Numbered from the stretch's first letter, positions 1-8,998 are shown. The stretch is DNA of 32,000 nucleotides from Nanoarchaeum equitans Kin4-M (GCA_000008085.1 AE017199.1:120001-152000), one strand, 5' to 3'. Notes: a model not told the origin generated them from the sequence alone. Program-made: numbers and translations.

Positions 1-114
1 AGGGATTATTATCTTATAGCCTTCGTAACCAGTTTTGTTTAATGGCTTTACTTCTATTCCTAAGTTTTCTAGCATTTCTATGTATTTATCTATAGCCAAT
101 TTCGCAACCCTCAT
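1..114 (-). CDS. 5' end of an unidentified protein-coding gene that runs off the left edge (MRVAKLAIDKYIEMLENLGIEVKPLNKTGYEGYKIIIP...)
   Basis: ATG at 114..112, with the frame open to the window edge. Its first base lies exactly 21 nt from the TTTAAA hexamer at 135..140. It is absent from the ORF track because it is truncated. Confidence 0.45.
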   Translation of the reverse strand, partial: MRVAKLAIDKYIEMLENLGIEVKPLNKTGYEGYKIIIP

Positions 115-134
115 AACACTGTTATATATGGGCA

Positions 135-140
135 TTTAAA
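135..140. promoter_or_regulatory. Shared palindromic TATA-like hexamer (TTTAAA) for the divergent pair 114(-)/161(+)
   Basis: 135-21=114 and 140+21=161, the first bases of the two ATGs. The spacer 115..160 is exactly 46 bp. Confidence 0.6.
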
Positions 141-160
141 TAATTTATAATAGTAACCGC

Positions 161-718
161 ATGTTACCCAATTTGGATAACCTAAAGGAAGAATATCAAA
201 AATTGGAAGAAAAGAAACAAGAAATTGTTGACCGTAGTATTAGAATGTCTAAGCTATCGAAATCTCTTATTTATTCTATGATTAGAGAAGATTACAAAAG
301 TGCCGACAAATATAAAGAAGAGCTAACTAATTTGGCAAAAACCCAAATTGAAGAGTTAAAAAAGTATCCAATGTTTTATTCTAACGGTTTTATAGGCTTA
401 CAAGAATATGTAGAAGCGCTGGCCTTATATTATTACATAAAAGAAAATAGAATCCCATCAAAAGAAGAGCTTGGAGTAGACACATGGGTTTATTTATTCG
501 GTATCGGCGATATAGCTGGGGAAATATTGAGAAAAAGCAGCGAAGAACTAATTAAAGGCAATATCGAATATGCTAAAAAGGCTAAACAAGATTTAGAAAG
601 CTTATATTTGGATTTGCTTTATATAGAGTTAAAGAATTTCGATTTGAGAAGGAAATTAGATTATGTAAGCAATATAATAAACAAGCTAATAGAGTTCATT
701 ATATGGAAATCCAAATAG
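161..718 (+). CDS. Translin-family (COG2178-like) predicted nucleic-acid-binding protein
   Basis: 185 aa. GLQEYVEALALYYY...YLFGIGDIAGEILRK resembles the translin-family core (QEY.EA ... G..D..GE..R). Recognised from memory, not searched. Confidence 0.55.
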   Translation: MLPNLDNLKEEYQKLEEKKQEIVDRSIRMSKLSKSLIYSMIREDYKSADKYKEELTNLAKTQIEELKKYPMFYSNGFIGLQEYVEALALYYYIKENRIPSKEELGVDTWVYLFGIGDIAGEILRKSSEELIKGNIEYAKKAKQDLESLYLDLLYIELKNFDLRRKLDYVSNIINKLIEFIIWKSK

Positions 719-790
<72 letters not shown>

Positions 791-810
791 AGAGGTTGTA
801 ATGTATGGAC

Positions 811-816
811 TTTAAA
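811..816 (-). promoter_or_regulatory. TATA-like box for tRNA-Ala (AAAATTTTTTAAAG on the minus strand)
   Basis: TTTAAA occupies -26..-21 relative to tRNA nucleotide +1 (790). Confidence 0.65.
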
Positions 817-867
817 AAATTTTGAGAGGTTATAAATATTTTTAATATTTAAATACAAATTTCAACC

Positions 868-1935
868 ATGGAAGAGTTTATCCGAGCTGCACAGGAAAGA
901 GCAAAGATGGATGAAAAACAACAAATAGATGAATATCTTAATAGAATAAAGAAAAAAATTAAAGTTATTGGTGTCGGGGGTGCTGGATGCAATACTATTA
1001 ATAGGTTATATGAATTAGGCTTACAAGATGTTGAACTAATTGCAGTTAATGCAGATGTAAAAGATTTGGCTAAAATAAAAGCTCATAAAAAAGTATTAAT
1101 AGGAGAAGAAGTTACTCGTGGTTTGGGTACAGGAAGAGACCCCGAATTAGGAGAACAAGCTGCAAGGGAAAGTGAGAAAGTAATAAAAGAGCTATTGCAA
1201 GGAACAGATATGGTTTTTATTACTTTTGGCCTTGGTGGGGGCACAGGAACTGGGGCTGGCCCAGTTATTGCTGATATAGCCAAACAAATGGGTATACTAA
1301 CAGTAGCCGTAGTGAGTTGGCCCTTTTCTAGTGAGGGTAATTTAACATTAAGAAACGCCCAATGGGGATTAGCAAGATTAGAAGAAACTACCGATACACA
1401 TATAGTTATACCAAACGATAAATTATTAGAAATAGCGCCTAATTTACCAATTGCTGTAGCATTTAAATTAAGCGATGAAGTTTTAGCTAACACTATTAAA
1501 AAAACCACAGAGTTAATATTAAAACCTGGCCAAGTCACAAGAGATTTCGCAGATTTGAAAGTAATATTAGAGAATGGCGGTTTAGGTATGGTTGGCTTTG
1601 GAGAATCCGATTCGGAAAACAAAGCATTAGAAGCTATTGAGAGAGCAATAAACAATCCATTATTGGATACAGATGTTAGTGGGGCGAAAAGGGCTTTGTT
1701 GCACATAGTTGCAGGCCCCGACTTTAAAACAGAGGAATTAAACAAAATATTAGAATATGTTAGCAATAAACTAGACCCAGAAGCGAAATTATTATGGGGT
1801 CTATGGATTGAAGAGGAAAAGAAAGGCAAAGTCGAAATAATGATTTTAGTAACAGAGCTAAAGAATGTACCCGATTATCTAAAAATAAGCGAAAAAAGAA
1901 AGAAGAAAGATGAATTAGGAATAGATGTTATCTAA
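868..1935 (+). CDS. ftsZ: Cell division GTPase FtsZ
   Basis: GVGGAGCNTINR and the tubulin signature GLGGGTGTGAGPVIA, plus VIPNDKLLEI. TTTAAT at 841..846 lies at -27..-22. Confidence 0.95.
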   Translation: MEEFIRAAQERAKMDEKQQIDEYLNRIKKKIKVIGVGGAGCNTINRLYELGLQDVELIAVNADVKDLAKIKAHKKVLIGEEVTRGLGTGRDPELGEQAARESEKVIKELLQGTDMVFITFGLGGGTGTGAGPVIADIAKQMGILTVAVVSWPFSSEGNLTLRNAQWGLARLEETTDTHIVIPNDKLLEIAPNLPIAVAFKLSDEVLANTIKKTTELILKPGQVTRDFADLKVILENGGLGMVGFGESDSENKALEAIERAINNPLLDTDVSGAKRALLHIVAGPDFKTEELNKILEYVSNKLDPEAKLLWGLWIEEEKKGKVEIMILVTELKNVPDYLKISEKRKKKDELGIDVI

Positions 1936-2527
1936 TTTTGTTCGCTCTTAGTACAATCTCTTTATTTTTTTCGTCTCTAAAACAAGAGTATATGTACTTT
2001 TCTGCACAGTATATTTGAGAAGTATCACAACTCTCCTCCGAAGGAACTATAAGGATATACCCCCTACCACTTATAAATTCACCACCTATAATTTTACAAA
2101 AATATCTTCCATATTTTCCTAAAATTGTTGCATGATATATGTACACTACCTTAGATTTGTTTGCTTCTATGTAGATAGGATAAAAACAAACCACTTCTCT
2201 ATATAGCTCCGTAATTTTTGAAGGTAAGTTCTTTTTTAGTTTGTTTGTAAGGGCAACTAAATCAAGATATTTTCCAGTCTGATTTCGAATAGTGGAATCT
2301 TCTATATAATACCTTAAAAGGTAGCCTGCACTTACTTTTACAGCTTTGCATGCCATCTCTGCCTCTCTAACATCGTACAGAAAATCTAAAAAGTTTTGCT
2401 TGTTTGCTTGGAGTTTGTCAACTATGATACCTAAAGCAAAGATCACCCATATTAAAATGTAAAAAAATAAAGTTATATACGCTAGCATTGTATATAACCG
2501 CCATATTTTATGCTTTTTATATTGCAA
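1928..2527 (-). CDS. Cys-rich membrane-anchored hypothetical protein (operon member E)
   Basis: One N-terminal hydrophobic helix, 6 Cys, and the motif RYFCKIIGGEFISG shared with its neighbours. An alternative ATG at 2488 overlaps the upstream stop (ATGCTAG). Its 3' end overlaps ftsZ by 8 nt. Confidence 0.6.
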   Translation of the reverse strand: MQYKKHKIWRLYTMLAYITLFFYILIWVIFALGIIVDKLQANKQNFLDFLYDVREAEMACKAVKVSAGYLLRYYIEDSTIRNQTGKYLDLVALTNKLKKNLPSKITELYREVVCFYPIYIEANKSKVVYIYHATILGKYGRYFCKIIGGEFISGRGYILIVPSEESCDTSQIYCAEKYIYSCFRDEKNKEIVLRANKIR

Positions 2528-3342
2528 CTATACTTTTTCCCATTTATTATAGTTTCCATTGTCGGAACACCAGTTACAGGGCTCCCTTCAATATATTTTT
2601 TTACTTCCTCCTTATTAGATGTAGAAATGGAGTCACAGCTACCTTCAATTTTCCCGTTTTTTATCTCAAAATTCCCTTGACATAGTATAGTAGTAATTTC
2701 TATAGTGCTGGTTTTTTCTTCAATTTTGATTGGAGGATTGTTGTAAATTATCTCATCAAATGGATTGCAAAAATAGTTTTGTGCGAATTCCCCTCCAATG
2801 TTGTTACAAATTTCTTTAGAAACAGGAGAGATACAGAAATAGTATTCATTACCTGCACTCCTTTTTACTAAGCAACTACCTTCATCTTTGGATGGTATTA
2901 CATTATTGTATTCGAACACATCTTCACAATACAAGTATTGGGGTAATAACTTATAGGGATTAACGTTATAATATAGAATATCGAAGGTGTTTAGCTTTAT
3001 GTAAGTAAATAAACATATTGTTTTTTTGCCTTTTAATGCTAAACTTACTGGTATAACAATATAGGGCAGGTCATTTATACATTTAGCGTATAGCTGGGGT
3101 AAAACAGAAACCAAATCTTTATAACACATGTGCAATATTTTTGGATTTTTTAATATAGAACAATCTAAAGAGAATTTATAGTTAGCACATATCTGTTTAG
3201 CGTGCTCTTTAATTATATTTGATTCCCATTGCTTCGATGGAATTTTAGTTTTTTCGAAAACACTATTCATTAATATTAAAGAGAATGCTGCCCCTATTAG
3301 TCCAATAAGAATATATACTATTGTGCTAATCGCGCCTCGCAT
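2482..3342 (-). CDS. Cys-rich hypothetical protein with a prepilin-like N-terminus (operon member D)
   Basis: Starts MRGAISTIVYILIGLIGAAFSLIL. 14 Cys. The motif EYYFCISPVSKEICNNIGGEFAQNYFC is encoded at 2767..2844. Confidence 0.65.
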   Translation of the reverse strand: MRGAISTIVYILIGLIGAAFSLILMNSVFEKTKIPSKQWESNIIKEHAKQICANYKFSLDCSILKNPKILHMCYKDLVSVLPQLYAKCINDLPYIVIPVSLALKGKKTICLFTYIKLNTFDILYYNVNPYKLLPQYLYCEDVFEYNNVIPSKDEGSCLVKRSAGNEYYFCISPVSKEICNNIGGEFAQNYFCNPFDEIIYNNPPIKIEEKTSTIEITTILCQGNFEIKNGKIEGSCDSISTSNKEEVKKYIEGSPVTGVPTMETIINGKKYSCNIKSIKYGGYIQC

Positions 3343-4844
3343 GTTTCTAAATCAATAACACATACATCTCCGGTTTCGATTTTGTTACTTTTATCAATAA
3401 TAGCCTCTCCACTATTCTGTATATGTAAATATCTTTCTTCGATAGTATCCAATGGTTTACCATTGTTGAACAAATTTCCTATATCGCAGTATACTTTTTT
3501 TTGATTAACTATTGCATCTTTTACCCTAGAGAGCAAGGTGTTAAAATCCAAATTTTTCTTTTCGGCGCATTCTTTTATTTTTCTAATACAATCTATTTTC
3601 AATGTATAAAAGTTATTAACATGTATAGCATTGTCCCTTAGTATTGCTATATTATGCAATAATGTGTTGATTGCTTTCACATAGCAGTTATAATTTTTTT
3701 TGAAGTTATTGATGTTATCATTACTCTTCAAATCATCTTTGTTTAAACAAAAATCGTTTAAGACATCGGAGAGCCTTTTGTCAGAACTAAGACACCTCAC
3801 TGGAGTATCAATGGTATCGACAATGTTATCTTCTATAATCTTGCACCCCAACAAATTATTTATCTCGTTAGCTAGATTGTATAATTTACTGTTAGAACCT
3901 GTTTTAAAACCACTACCGCAATCAAAATAGTCTTTTATAGCACTTTCTAAACTATTGGCCAAGCTTTCAAAAAAGTCTCTCCTCTTTTGGTTTTCATAAT
4001 TAGTAATAGCAGTAAAGATGTCACAATCTTTACCACTACAGTAATCTATAGTTTTTTTATAATCATTCAGCCTACCCTCTAATCCAAGGCTTCCTATCCA
4101 ACTGCTAAAAGCATTTTGTATATCTTTATTTTCCACTCTAGTCCCATCGGAAGAGTCTATGTGGTACTGAGTATCATAGTATACTTCTGTGTTTATAGCA
4201 TAGAGGAAACTAGTGCAAAACCTTAGAGGCATAGGTTTTCCAAAATGTTTACAAACCTCTAATGGAACAGGGGTAACACAATAATATTGTTTATTGTATA
4301 CATAACAATCTACTAAAGTATTACCCAATTTTAATTGTTCTAAGAAATAGGTTATAAAACCTTCCTTTTCGGATAAAGCTTTATAACAAGTTAAATAATA
4401 ATTGTAATTGTCAATATTTGTTATAACCGCTTTTTTTAATTTCGTTTTGTCCTCTTCTTTTATATTTTCCCTATAAATAAACTTATATACTGCTTGTATG
4501 CAATGGTTATCTTTTGTTACAGCCAATGGCAAATAAAACCCTTCTGGAAGGTCTTCTCTAAATAATATTTCTAAAGCTTTTATTTTGTTATACCTATCTT
4601 CTAACCTAGCTATGGGTTGTAAATTAATTGGATACTCTATATTAATAGTAGGGTTTTCTTTTGGTGTGGCAAATTTTACCAATTCCACGCTAGTAAGTTG
4701 TTCTATGTTCTTTTTACTTTTCAATGTTGAAAAAGATAAATAACCAACTATTGCAATAGCCAATAATATTAGTATTATATATTTAATTTCATCGAATATC
4801 GCTCTCATTTTATTATATTTTGGTTGGTTTTTAAATAATAGCAA
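3318..4844 (-). CDS. Cys-rich hypothetical protein with a prepilin-like N-terminus (operon member C)
   Basis: 18 Cys and the motif QYYCVTPVPLEVCKHFGKPMPLRFC. The likely true start is the ATG at 4808, which forms an ATGA overlap with the upstream stop (4805..4808) and gives MRAIFDEIKYIILILLAIAIVG. Confidence 0.65.
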   Translation of the reverse strand: MLLFKNQPKYNKMRAIFDEIKYIILILLAIAIVGYLSFSTLKSKKNIEQLTSVELVKFATPKENPTINIEYPINLQPIARLEDRYNKIKALEILFREDLPEGFYLPLAVTKDNHCIQAVYKFIYRENIKEEDKTKLKKAVITNIDNYNYYLTCYKALSEKEGFITYFLEQLKLGNTLVDCYVYNKQYYCVTPVPLEVCKHFGKPMPLRFCTSFLYAINTEVYYDTQYHIDSSDGTRVENKDIQNAFSSWIGSLGLEGRLNDYKKTIDYCSGKDCDIFTAITNYENQKRRDFFESLANSLESAIKDYFDCGSGFKTGSNSKLYNLANEINNLLGCKIIEDNIVDTIDTPVRCLSSDKRLSDVLNDFCLNKDDLKSNDNINNFKKNYNCYVKAINTLLHNIAILRDNAIHVNNFYTLKIDCIRKIKECAEKKNLDFNTLLSRVKDAIVNQKKVYCDIGNLFNNGKPLDTIEERYLHIQNSGEAIIDKSNKIETGDVCVIDLETCEARLAQ

Positions 4845-5575
4845 TAGCCTTTAGCGCTATCGGATGAAGCTCTATACACAGTAATTATCTTTCTAACTTC
4901 TGTATCTATTTGTACATTGCTTGGTCTGCTATAGAAATAGCAGACATAATAGTTAACAGTAAGCAATTTCATTGTTGGCGATCCATCTACTATATACCCA
5001 GAAGGAGTATAATAGTATATATTATCTTTTTGAATTGGGAATAGGCTATCTAAAACTATTACTAATTCATCAATGGATGGTAAGCTATTTATATAATCTA
5101 TACAGTGCCTCCATCTAAGGATTTTACCTCCAATCCTATAACAATAGGGTTGGTTTGCTTCTAATAATATTGTACCTTTAGAACTGTCGACCCTACAACA
5201 ATAGCTATCTACTACTGGTTTAGTTCCTACTATACCATATCTTATTAAAGCCAATAAATTACCTCTATACTCTTTTGGTATTAGCCTATCGCTTTCCCAT
5301 AGGCCTAAAGAGTCGTGGGCTAATAAATAGGATACCTTTGCGTAAGGCATAGGGGATTCATCGATAGCATAAGGGTAAAAAGTATCGCTTATAATTAAGA
5401 AATACCTATAAGGATTATAATCAAATTCCAAAGGTTTTATCTTATCGCTTATTCCTTTGGTTGTTTTATTTATGGATTGGGCTGTGTTGTTGAATACTAT
5501 ACTAACTACTCCTAAAAACATTATTAGTATTATTAGAGAACCTAACCAAGAGATCATTTTACTAAATCTAAACAA
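4805..5575 (-). CDS. Cys-rich membrane-anchored hypothetical protein (operon member B)
   Basis: 6 Cys, including a CC doublet and PYCYRIGGKILRWRHC. An alternative ATG at 5557 forms an ATGA overlap with the upstream stop (5554..5557). Confidence 0.6.
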   Translation of the reverse strand: MFRFSKMISWLGSLIILIMFLGVVSIVFNNTAQSINKTTKGISDKIKPLEFDYNPYRYFLIISDTFYPYAIDESPMPYAKVSYLLAHDSLGLWESDRLIPKEYRGNLLALIRYGIVGTKPVVDSYCCRVDSSKGTILLEANQPYCYRIGGKILRWRHCIDYINSLPSIDELVIVLDSLFPIQKDNIYYYTPSGYIVDGSPTMKLLTVNYYVCYFYSRPSNVQIDTEVRKIITVYRASSDSAKGYCYYLKTNQNIIK

Positions 5576-7263
5576 TCACGCTCTACCCAAATACCTGTGC
5601 AACCAGCTGGATCGTTAGAAGTGTTAAAGAGTAACTGTTCTTTAATGTTATCCCATTTAATGCAACAAAATCCATTATCTATTGATTCGTTAACTGTTAC
5701 TTTTATATTACCCCAGTTTTCCTTGTTTATAATCAAATAGTTTTTGTAGATCCCATTACCCTCTTTAGGAAGAGTTTTTATTGTTTCGCAATTATTAATG
5801 TATGCGGGAAACACATATATGTTGGGATAACCGAATTTAATAAGTTTTACTATTAATAGGCCATTCTTTTCTTCTATAGGCAAAATATCGATTTGTCCAT
5901 TTAAGGCATTACATATCTCTTCTGGAGCTTCTATAGCTATTAAGCCTTTTTCACAAGGTATTTTGCAAACTTTCCCACTATCGATAATATTTAAATCGTA
6001 TATGCTATATTTAAACTCGGTATTGGCTTTTTCGAAATATTTACTTACTATATTCTCTATTTTCTCTTCTTCAATCCAACAAAGTTTTCCGAATTCCCCT
6101 ATTGTGTAAGAGGTTTTTACTGGCACGTTATTGGCAATTTGTTTGGCAGGGGCAAAATATTGGTTACATATATATACCTTGTTCATACTATTTACTAAGT
6201 CCTTGTATCCTTCATCTTTTGGAGAAATAACATCTACTTTGGTTAAAAATATCTCACTTTCCCAACCGTTTATTGTTTTTCTTGGTATGTCTGGGGAAAC
6301 AGCTTCCAATAGATTGTTTTTAATTATAAAACCTCTATCTACCTTGTACATAAATTCGTTGTAGTCTAAGAATAGCCAATAGAATCTATCAGGATTTAAT
6401 TGAGACCACACCAAATCTCTATATCTAACACAAAAATCTCTATTAGATGGGAAAACTTTTTTATCAGCGATTTCGCCTTTTTTGATAAACGCTACGCATT
6501 TTCCTACTTTTAATGCGTCTACTTTTAGATCCAAATCAGGAGTACGTGAGATCGTTTCAGCTTTTTCCTCTAAAAAATTAATTTTTTCGTTTTCATCCTT
6601 TTCTATAAATTGCTTCAGAATATCTCCATTCCGTAAACTATTAATTTTTACTCCATCTTTTATTTTATAACATAGAGTTGAAACTTTCACATAATTGTCT
6701 GCCTCATTGGGATTCATCTTTATTAATTTTCTGTTTGTATCGTCATATAAAAACAATATATAGCCTTTGTATTGTTTATTGCGTTCATCATAAGATATAT
6801 TATGTATATAGCCTTGGCTGAATAGTTTCAAACAGTCATCAAATTTTATGTTTATCTCACTTATTCCATTATATATAGCGTAAACTATATTTAATTTTCC
6901 TGCACTTATGTCTATATTTTTAGTTTTAGGATGATCATCTTTATCAACAAAGTTAATTTCGAAAGAATTAGAAGAGAGCAAAGTTTGGGAAAGTTTCCAA
7001 GTGTATTTCTCTAGTATAGGCTTACTATAAGGGGGAGCCCTCCTAAAGGGATCATATTTATAAGATAAAGTAAACTCTATGGGCTTCTCCTCTATAGATG
7101 GGGCAAAATTCTCTGTAGCAGTTTCTCCAACTTCTTTTGCTTGTTTAGATAAAGCCGCTAATGGATTTACTGTTTTGAAAAAACTGAAAGATATTATTGC
7201 TATAGACATTAGAGCAACAACTATTGCAGAGATTAGCCATATTATATTGGATAGGGCCCTCAC
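5554..7263 (-). CDS. Large Cys-rich hypothetical protein with a prepilin-like N-terminus (operon member A, first gene)
   Basis: GTG start giving MRALSNIIWLISAIVVALMSIAII. 14 Cys. VCKIPCEKGLIAIEAPEEICNALNGQI. TTTAAA at 7285..7290 lies at -27..-22. Confidence 0.65.
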   Translation of the reverse strand: MRALSNIIWLISAIVVALMSIAIISFSFFKTVNPLAALSKQAKEVGETATENFAPSIEEKPIEFTLSYKYDPFRRAPPYSKPILEKYTWKLSQTLLSSNSFEINFVDKDDHPKTKNIDISAGKLNIVYAIYNGISEINIKFDDCLKLFSQGYIHNISYDERNKQYKGYILFLYDDTNRKLIKMNPNEADNYVKVSTLCYKIKDGVKINSLRNGDILKQFIEKDENEKINFLEEKAETISRTPDLDLKVDALKVGKCVAFIKKGEIADKKVFPSNRDFCVRYRDLVWSQLNPDRFYWLFLDYNEFMYKVDRGFIIKNNLLEAVSPDIPRKTINGWESEIFLTKVDVISPKDEGYKDLVNSMNKVYICNQYFAPAKQIANNVPVKTSYTIGEFGKLCWIEEEKIENIVSKYFEKANTEFKYSIYDLNIIDSGKVCKIPCEKGLIAIEAPEEICNALNGQIDILPIEEKNGLLIVKLIKFGYPNIYVFPAYINNCETIKTLPKEGNGIYKNYLIINKENWGNIKVTVNESIDNGFCCIKWDNIKEQLLFNTSNDPAGCTGIWVERDCLDLVK

Positions 7264-7284
7264 TAAGATAAATAAATAACCCCA

Positions 7285-7290
7285 TTTAAA
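7285..7290. promoter_or_regulatory. Shared palindromic TATA-like element (ATTTAAAT) between 7263(-) and 7309(+)
   Basis: 45-bp spacer. The hexamer ends 22 nt from the GTG at 7263 and 19 nt from the ATG at 7309. Confidence 0.45.
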
Positions 7291-7308
7291 TACTAAGTGC
7301 AGTTAAGT

Positions 7309-8406
7309 ATGAAGCCTATAATAGAATACTATTTGCAAAAATATAACAAAACAATCAATATAAGCGATATAGCAAAATTGGTTAAACATAACTCTAACAT
7401 CTCCATAAAGAATATAACTATTGAGAATAACATCTCTATAGGCATACCAAAAAGCCCTAGTATAGATTTTAATCTATCCTATTTGTTTGTTTTGGCGATT
7501 ATTATTTTTCTTATAAAGTTTAGGGGGTTGTTTAGCCCCAACCCATTGAAAAGGTTCATTTATTTGCTAAAATTGCTAGGCAAAAAATATTATGAATCGA
7601 ATAGAGAATTTATTAGAAAATCCATATTTAAGAAATATTTAGAAAAGAAAAATAGATTATTCGAAAAACATATATTCCTTCTATTTTTGTTTGGAGGTTT
7701 CTCGAAGACAATTTTAATAGAAAAAGACCAATTTTTATGTAATCCTAATTATTCTATCTTAAATTATATAGATAAGGATTTGCTTAAGCGATACCCAGAA
7801 TATTCAATGTTTTTTGTTTACAATGGGTATATTTTTAATATGGCTTCCGAAGTTGAAGGTATTCCAATATTAAAGGGCTATTTTGGGATATGGAATTTCA
7901 GTTCTAAAAAATGTGAAAACTATAAAGAAAGAACTTTGATAGCGTATAAAGACAATAATATAATAATTGGAGACAAAGAGTTTTTCATTTATAATAAAAA
8001 GTTAAATATAGACTTTAATGCCTTGGATTTGGCCAAATTTCTATATAACCAATTCAAAAACATAAACATTCCAATAAACATAAATATTTACCAATATATA
8101 AAGGGATTGTCTATACCAATAGCTTATTTGTTTTATGTTTTTATGACTATGTTTTTGCTGTTTAGGATCAAAAATATTAAAATAAGAAAGCCGAAAGTAG
8201 ATATTAATTTTTGGGGGTTGGAGTTATACAAATTAACTGGAGATAAAAAATATTTGGAAAGAAAAATTAATGTTTTGTTTTATATTATAGAGCGTATAAA
8301 ACTTCTTTCAAATAATAATAAACAGCTATCGTTAAGGCAATCCCTAACAAGGTTAAAATTAGGCCTGCCCAAAAGTATAAATCGGTTTTTGGTAAAAAGG
8401 GGCTGA
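7309..8406 (+). CDS. Hypothetical membrane protein (about 3 hydrophobic segments)
   Basis: The ORF track starts at GTG 7297, but the ATG at 7309 fits the promoter spacing better. No family recognised. The last ~40 codons overlap the convergent gene 8285..8998. Confidence 0.45.
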   Translation: MKPIIEYYLQKYNKTINISDIAKLVKHNSNISIKNITIENNISIGIPKSPSIDFNLSYLFVLAIIIFLIKFRGLFSPNPLKRFIYLLKLLGKKYYESNREFIRKSIFKKYLEKKNRLFEKHIFLLFLFGGFSKTILIEKDQFLCNPNYSILNYIDKDLLKRYPEYSMFFVYNGYIFNMASEVEGIPILKGYFGIWNFSSKKCENYKERTLIAYKDNNIIIGDKEFFIYNKKLNIDFNALDLAKFLYNQFKNINIPININIYQYIKGLSIPIAYLFYVFMTMFLLFRIKNIKIRKPKVDINFWGLELYKLTGDKKYLERKINVLFYIIERIKLLSNNNKQLSLRQSLTRLKLGLPKSINRFLVKRG

Positions 8407-8998
8407 TCCCTATAAGGTTATAAACCAAAGTAGATAGTATATTATTAATTAAAGGCTCTATATAGAAATAATTTATTAGCAAAGCTATCCCGATGGGAAT
8501 TAAAATAGAGACCAAAAAATATAATTGATAGCTATTCTCTTCTAAGGCCCTTTTTATAAATACTGCTATCGATATTATAGCTAAAACCAAGGGGATAAAC
8601 AGTTTATTTAATATAGACTTTAATCTATTCGCTATAGAATCATAAGAGTTTTGTAATATAGCATACCATTTGTTTGCTAAAAATGTTAATATATTATTTT
8701 TAACCACTTCGGGTTTTTCTAATAAGTCTTTACAACTAACTTCGTATGGGTATTCTAGATTTTCTTTAACATATTGCTTTAGCAAAGGTTCTGTATATTT
8801 AGGATTAATCCTACAACTATATTGGTATTGCATTAACGATATTACCATTGGCATATAGAATTGTTTCCTATTGTTTTCGATTAGTTGTTTTACTTTGTTC
8901 GGGGCATTATCTATTATTGGATAGGCAAATAAAGGGGTTAAACCGATAGTTAATAATATAAGACCAATTATTAGCTCTATCATTTCCAGAATTGCCAC
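8285..8998 (-). CDS. Polytopic membrane protein, unknown function
   Basis: Several hydrophobic helices. The probable start is the ATG at 8983, which forms an ATGA overlap with the upstream stop (8980..8983). Confidence 0.55.
   Translation of the reverse strand: MAILEMIELIIGLILLTIGLTPLFAYPIIDNAPNKVKQLIENNRKQFYMPMVISLMQYQYSCRINPKYTEPLLKQYVKENLEYPYEVSCKDLLEKPEVVKNNILTFLANKWYAILQNSYDSIANRLKSILNKLFIPLVLAIISIAVFIKRALEENSYQLYFLVSILIPIGIALLINYFYIEPLINNILSTLVYNLIGISPFLPKTDLYFWAGLILTLLGIALTIAVYYYLKEVLYAL

Noticed and set aside
1083-1829. 248-aa minus-strand ORF antisense to ftsZ
   Set aside because: It lies wholly inside a confidently identified gene. Its Ser/Pro/Asn-rich, low-complexity product is the mirror of the FtsZ codons, and it has no promoter hexamer or coupling signal.
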